From: Planctomycetota bacterium
GTDB lineage: Bacteria > Planctomycetota > UBA1135 > UBA2386
Reading direction: 5' to 3'
NCBI GenBank assembly: GCA_046290465.1
Contig: JBKAGP010000001.1
Span: 2,784,001-2,848,000 of the forward strand
Length of the DNA: 64,000 bases
In this document: positions 60,305-64,000 of the stretch, one piece after another
Position numbering within the stretch: position 1 is the first letter of the stretch
How the letters are laid out: every line of letters begins with the position of its first letter
The notes under the pieces: generated by a model
The model's input: only the letters and a program-made list of their open reading frames with translations
The model's database searches: none
What the model was told of the DNA's origin: nothing
Made by a program: the position numbers and the translations under genes

Positions 60305-61414
60305 ATGAGACTCGTCGAAGGCCTCGACGCGCTGCGCGACCTGGACCTGCTGTCGGTCTACGGCGCCGACTCGTCCGACAGCCACTCGGTGGTCGCCGTC
60401 GGCGTGTTCGACGGGGTGCACCTCGGCCACCACCGGCTGCTGCACCAGCTGCTCGAGATGGCGTCGTCGCTGCAGGGCATGCCGACGGTGGTGACGTTCG
60501 CCAACCACCCGGACCAGGTGCTGCGCGGCGATGCGCCGCCGCTGATCTGCAGCGTGCCGCACCGCCTGCGCCTGCTGCGGCGCGCCGGGGTGCTGCGGCT
60601 GGTGCTGCTGCAGTTCGAGCCGCGCCTGCAGAACATGACTGCCCGCGAGTTCGCCGAGGACGTGCTGATCGGCCGCCTGCGCGCGCGCGGGCTGCTGCTC
60701 GGCTACGACTCGGCGATGGGCAAGGACCGCGAGGGCACGCCCGAACGCTTCGGCGAGCTCGGCCGCGAGCTCGGCTTCGAGGTGCAGAGCGGCCAGCCGT
60801 TCGAGCTGGACGGCAAGCCGGTGTCCTCGACCGCGATCCGCGAGGCGATCGCCGCCGGCGACCTGGCCACCGCGCGCCGCTACCTCGGCCGCTTCCCGGG
60901 CGCGCTCGGCGAGGTCGTGCACGGCGACGCGCGCGGCCGCACGATCGGCTTCCCGACCGCCAACGTCGCGCTGCAGAACGGAGCGCTGCCGCCGACCGGT
61001 GTCTACGCGGTCGAAGCCGTCGTCGACGGCGAGACCTTCGCCGCGGTGGCCAACCTCGGCACGCGCCCAACGTTCGGCGACGGTGAGCCGAGCCTCGAGG
61101 TGCACCTGCTCGACTTCACCGGCGACCTCTACGGCCGCGAGCTCGAGGTGACGTTCCGCCAGGTGCTGCGCGAGGAGCGCCGCTTCGACGGCATCGACGA
61201 GCTCAAGGCGCAGATCGGCCGCGACGTCGCCGCGGCGCGCGCCTGCCTGAAGGCCTGGAGGACCGCTGCTCAATCGAGCAGCTTGGCGACCACCTCGCCG
61301 ACGCGCTCGATCTCGTCGAGGCCGGCCTGCGCGCCGAGCACCTGGTGCAGGTCCTTGACCACCCCGAACGGGTGGCCGCCGAGCAGGATCGGCCGCGCCG
61401 TCTCGTCGCCATAG
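60305..61414 (+). CDS. ribF: Bifunctional riboflavin kinase/FAD synthetase
   Basis: GVFDGVHLGH, VSSTAIR, GRTIGFPTAN, NLGTRPTF, LEVHLLDF; 3' end overlaps the convergent gene by 145 nt. Confidence 0.92.
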   Translation: MRLVEGLDALRDLDLLSVYGADSSDSHSVVAVGVFDGVHLGHHRLLHQLLEMASSLQGMPTVVTFANHPDQVLRGDAPPLICSVPHRLRLLRRAGVLRLVLLQFEPRLQNMTAREFAEDVLIGRLRARGLLLGYDSAMGKDREGTPERFGELGRELGFEVQSGQPFELDGKPVSSTAIREAIAAGDLATARRYLGRFPGALGEVVHGDARGRTIGFPTANVALQNGALPPTGVYAVEAVVDGETFAAVANLGTRPTFGDGEPSLEVHLLDFTGDLYGRELEVTFRQVLREERRFDGIDELKAQIGRDVAAARACLKAWRTAAQSSSLATTSPTRSISSRPACAPSTWCRSLTTPNGWPPSRIGRAVSSP

Positions 61415-62343
61415 ACCGAACCGCAGACGGCGCGCACCTGCGCGACCGCGTCGCGCACACCGTGCAGGTGCAGCAGCATGCTGGCCGACATCGCGATCGC
61501 GTCGACCTTGCGATCCTGCAGCGCCCAGGCGAGATCGCTCGCCGGCATGTTGGGCCCGAGGTGGTGCACCGCGTAGCCCTCGAGCTGCAGGCGCTGGCCG
61601 ATCATGCGCAGGCCGAGGTCGTGCAGGTTGCCGGCGACGCCCATCGTCATCACGACCTTGGCGTCGGCCGGGGGCCGCGGGATCGCCTCCTGCAGCAGAC
61701 CCAGCGCGCGTTCGACGATCGCGGTGCCGTAGTGCTCGTCGGCGATCGGGATCTCGGCCATCAGCCACATCCGGCCGGCCTCGCGCTGCGCCGGACGCAG
61801 CACGTGGTCCTGGACCTCCTGCACCGGCACGCCTTCCTGCAGCGCGCCGCGCACCAGATCGAGCGCGTCCTCGCCACGGTTCTCGAGATTGGCGAGCAGG
61901 AACCGCATCGCGGCCTCGCCGTGCGGCGCGTCCTTGGACAGCAGCATCGGCAGGTCGGTCGGCGCGTGCTCGAGGCCGTCGGCAGCGGCGGCGACGTGCT
62001 GCCGCACCAGCGCGAACGACTCGCGCGGCATCTCGCGTTCGAGCGTCTTCTCGATCGCCTGCAGCGTCGCCGGCAGGTAGTCGGCCGGCACGTCGCGGTG
62101 ATGGAACGCGACCTTGTACCAACTCAGCACGTCGTGCAGCAGTTCGGGGCGGTCGACCGAGACGCTGGCCGCGATCTGCAGCAGGCGCACCTCGAGATCG
62201 TCGATCGGGAGCGCAAACGTCGCGGGCAGCGCCGCGTCGACCAGCGACGGACGCGCCGCCTGCAGCGTGTGCAGGGTCGCGTTCGCGTAGGCACGCGCCG
62301 ACGAGCGCAGCAGTCCGGCGGTGAAATCCTGGGCCGAGGGCAT
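61270..62343 (-). CDS. Cobalamin-binding photoreceptor-like protein (globin-like N-domain, CarH-type cap, B12 Rossmann domain); photocobilin-like
   Basis: G.MW-x9-EH (WLMAEIPIADEH), GNLHDLG, LGPNMP, AMSAS, LLGG; no HTH. Confidence 0.8.
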   Translation of the reverse strand: MPSAQDFTAGLLRSSARAYANATLHTLQAARPSLVDAALPATFALPIDDLEVRLLQIAASVSVDRPELLHDVLSWYKVAFHHRDVPADYLPATLQAIEKTLEREMPRESFALVRQHVAAAADGLEHAPTDLPMLLSKDAPHGEAAMRFLLANLENRGEDALDLVRGALQEGVPVQEVQDHVLRPAQREAGRMWLMAEIPIADEHYGTAIVERALGLLQEAIPRPPADAKVVMTMGVAGNLHDLGLRMIGQRLQLEGYAVHHLGPNMPASDLAWALQDRKVDAIAMSASMLLHLHGVRDAVAQVRAVCGSVYGDETARPILLGGHPFGVVKDLHQVLGAQAGLDEIERVGEVVAKLLD

Positions 62344-62359
62344 GCTCGAATTAAAGCCT

Positions 62360-62386
62360 TTCGCGACCTGCAAACCTACGGATGCA
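62360..62386 (-). promoter_or_regulatory. SigK-like ECF promoter, copy 2 (towards B12 protein)
   Basis: Minus strand TGCATCCG-N12-TCGCGAA. Confidence 0.65.
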
Positions 62387-62421
62387 GGCAATCCAAACGG
62401 CCGCAAAGCGCGATTCCGCCG

Positions 62422-62448
62422 TGCATCCGCGGCCTTTTCGATCGCGAA
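62422..62448 (+). promoter_or_regulatory. SigK-like ECF promoter, copy 3 (towards fasciclin)
   Basis: TGCATCCG-N12-TCGCGAA. Confidence 0.65.
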
Positions 62449-62537
62449 CTCCGCGGCGGCCGGGATCGACCGGCCACGCATTGGAAACGAATCGAGAGAG
62501 AGACCGAGAGAACCCACCGCCCCCTCAGGAGCCAACC

Positions 62538-63437
62538 ATGAAGACCATCCAGATGTTCGCCTGCGCCACGGCGCTGCTCGCCGCCAACGCCGTCGCCCAA
62601 GGCCCGACGGACAGCCCGACGATCGTCGACGTCGCCGCCAAGGCCGGCAAGTTCAACACGCTGCTGGCCGCCGCCAAGGCCGCCGGCCTCGCCGACACCC
62701 TGGCCGGCAAGGGGCCGTTCACGGTGTTCGCGCCGACCGACGCCGCCTTCGCCAAGCTCGGCAAGGACACGATCGCCGACCTGCTGAAGCCGGAGAACAA
62801 GGACAAGCTCGCCGGCATCCTGACCTACCACGTCGTCGCCGGAAAGTTCACGGCCGCCAAGGTCGTCGGCATGAAGAGCGCGCAGACGGTGCAGGGTGCG
62901 CCGCTGTCGATCGTCGTCAAGAACGGCAAGGTCAAGGTCGCGGACGCCAACGTCGTCAAGACCGACGTGATGGCCAGCAACGGCGTGATCCACGTCATCG
63001 ACTCGGTCATGCTGCCGCCGGAGCCGAACCTGGTCGAGGTCGCCGCCAAGGCCGGCACGTTCAAGACGCTGCTGACCGCCGCCAAGGCCGCCGGCCTCGC
63101 CGACACGCTTGCCAACGGCGGGCCGTTCACGATCTTCGCCCCGACCGACGAGGCGTTCGCCAAGGTCGGCCAGGCGACGATCGCCGACCTGCTCCGCCCG
63201 GAGAACAAGAAGAAGCTGCAGGCGATCCTGAAGCACCACGTGGTCGCGGGTTCGGTCATGTCGGCCACCGCCGTCAAGCTCAGCGAGGCCAAGACGCTCA
63301 ACGGCACCAAGCTGCCGCTGAAGTACGACGCCAAGACCAAGACGCTGCGCGTCGGCGCCGGCAAGGTGGTCGCCGCGGACGTCAAGGCCCGCAACGGCGT
63401 CATCCACGTCGTCGATACGGTCCTGCTGCCCAACTGA
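62538..63437 (+). CDS. Secreted protein with two fasciclin (FAS1) domains
   Basis: AGGAG RBS; signal ending AVAQ; two copies of GPFT.FAPTD.AF, IL.YHVV, NGVIHV.D.V. Confidence 0.93.
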   Translation: MKTIQMFACATALLAANAVAQGPTDSPTIVDVAAKAGKFNTLLAAAKAAGLADTLAGKGPFTVFAPTDAAFAKLGKDTIADLLKPENKDKLAGILTYHVVAGKFTAAKVVGMKSAQTVQGAPLSIVVKNGKVKVADANVVKTDVMASNGVIHVIDSVMLPPEPNLVEVAAKAGTFKTLLTAAKAAGLADTLANGGPFTIFAPTDEAFAKVGQATIADLLRPENKKKLQAILKHHVVAGSVMSATAVKLSEAKTLNGTKLPLKYDAKTKTLRVGAGKVVAADVKARNGVIHVVDTVLLPN

Positions 63438-63491
63438 TCCGCCAATGAGGACGGCGACGTGTCCGCGACGAATCCCTTGTGTGCCGCCGGT

Positions 63492-63518
63492 TCTCGACCT
63501 GTAATCAACAGGTCGAGA
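63492..63518. promoter_or_regulatory. Perfect 11-bp inverted repeat 9 nt upstream of the sigma start codon
   Basis: TCTCGACCTGT-AATCA-ACAGGTCGAGA. Confidence 0.5.
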
Positions 63519-63527
63519 CCCCGCACG

Positions 63528-64000
63528 ATGCAAAGCTTGCTCCCACAGATCGCAACTGGTGACCCAGCTGCCGTCGAGGCATTCCTCAAACGGCACTCGG
63601 GCATGGTCTGGGGACTGGCCCGCCGCTTCTGCCGCAATGCGGAGGACGCGGAGGACGCCACCCAGGAGATCTTCGTCGACGTCTGGCGCAGCGCCGCCCG
63701 CTACGACGAGAACGCCGGCAGTGAAGTCACGTTCTTGATGACGATCGCGCGGCGACGGTTGATCGACCGCGCGCGTCGCCTCGGTCGGCGGATCTCCGCC
63801 GACCTGCTCGAAGACCCGACCACGATCGCCAGCCCGGCATCCAAGGACCAGGTCGAGCTGCACGACGAAGTCGCCCGTGCCCAGGACGCGCTCGAGAAGC
63901 TGCGTCCCGAGCAGCGGGAAGTGCTCGATCTGGCGCTCGGTCAGGGTCGCACCCATCAAGAGATCGCCGCATCGATCGGCATCCCGCTAGGAACCGTCAA
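63528..64000 (+). CDS. ECF sigma factor, SigK-like (runs off window end; absent from ORF track)
   Basis: Manual translation MQSLLPQIATGDPAA...DAEDATQEIFVDVWRSAARYD..GSE.TF.MTIARRRLIDR...L.PEQREVL.LA..QG.THQEIA...GIPLGTV. Confidence 0.9.
   Translation, partial: MQSLLPQIATGDPAAVEAFLKRHSGMVWGLARRFCRNAEDAEDATQEIFVDVWRSAARYDENAGSEVTFLMTIARRRLIDRARRLGRRISADLLEDPTTIASPASKDQVELHDEVARAQDALEKLRPEQREVLDLALGQGRTHQEIAASIGIPLGTV

Overview
High-GC bacterial chromosomal window. A Planctomycetota origin is inferred from the prenyltransferase-repeat membrane proteins, FG-GAP secreted proteins and gene style; it is not proven. About 60 CDS, with no rRNA, tRNA or CRISPR seen. Housekeeping genes include kbl, an archaeal-type (type II) map, a Leu/Val dehydrogenase, xth, a DEAD-box helicase, dps, fliC, rpsT, def and ribF. 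There is also a glycan locus and a DprE1/DprE2-like pair. The most striking signals are two apparent light/stress-sensing circuits readable from the DNA. (1) A LOV histidine kinase plus a sigma54 activator lie divergent from a perfect -24/-12 promoter that drives a stress protein and Dps. (2) A CarH-type B12 photoreceptor with a globin-like N-terminus (photocobilin-like) lies divergent from a fasciclin and a SigK-like ECF sigma factor. The same TGCATCCG-N15-CGAA promoter motif sits upstream of the photoreceptor, the fasciclin and a distant DUF427 gene. Other notable features are an 83-bp CTAG-bounded repeat element at three loci that supplies stop codons, a small island with an isthmin/MUC4-like AMOP-domain ORF next to a decayed integrase, a shared C-terminal domain on secreted proteins, and Gln at +1 of nearly all predicted signal-peptide cleavage sites.
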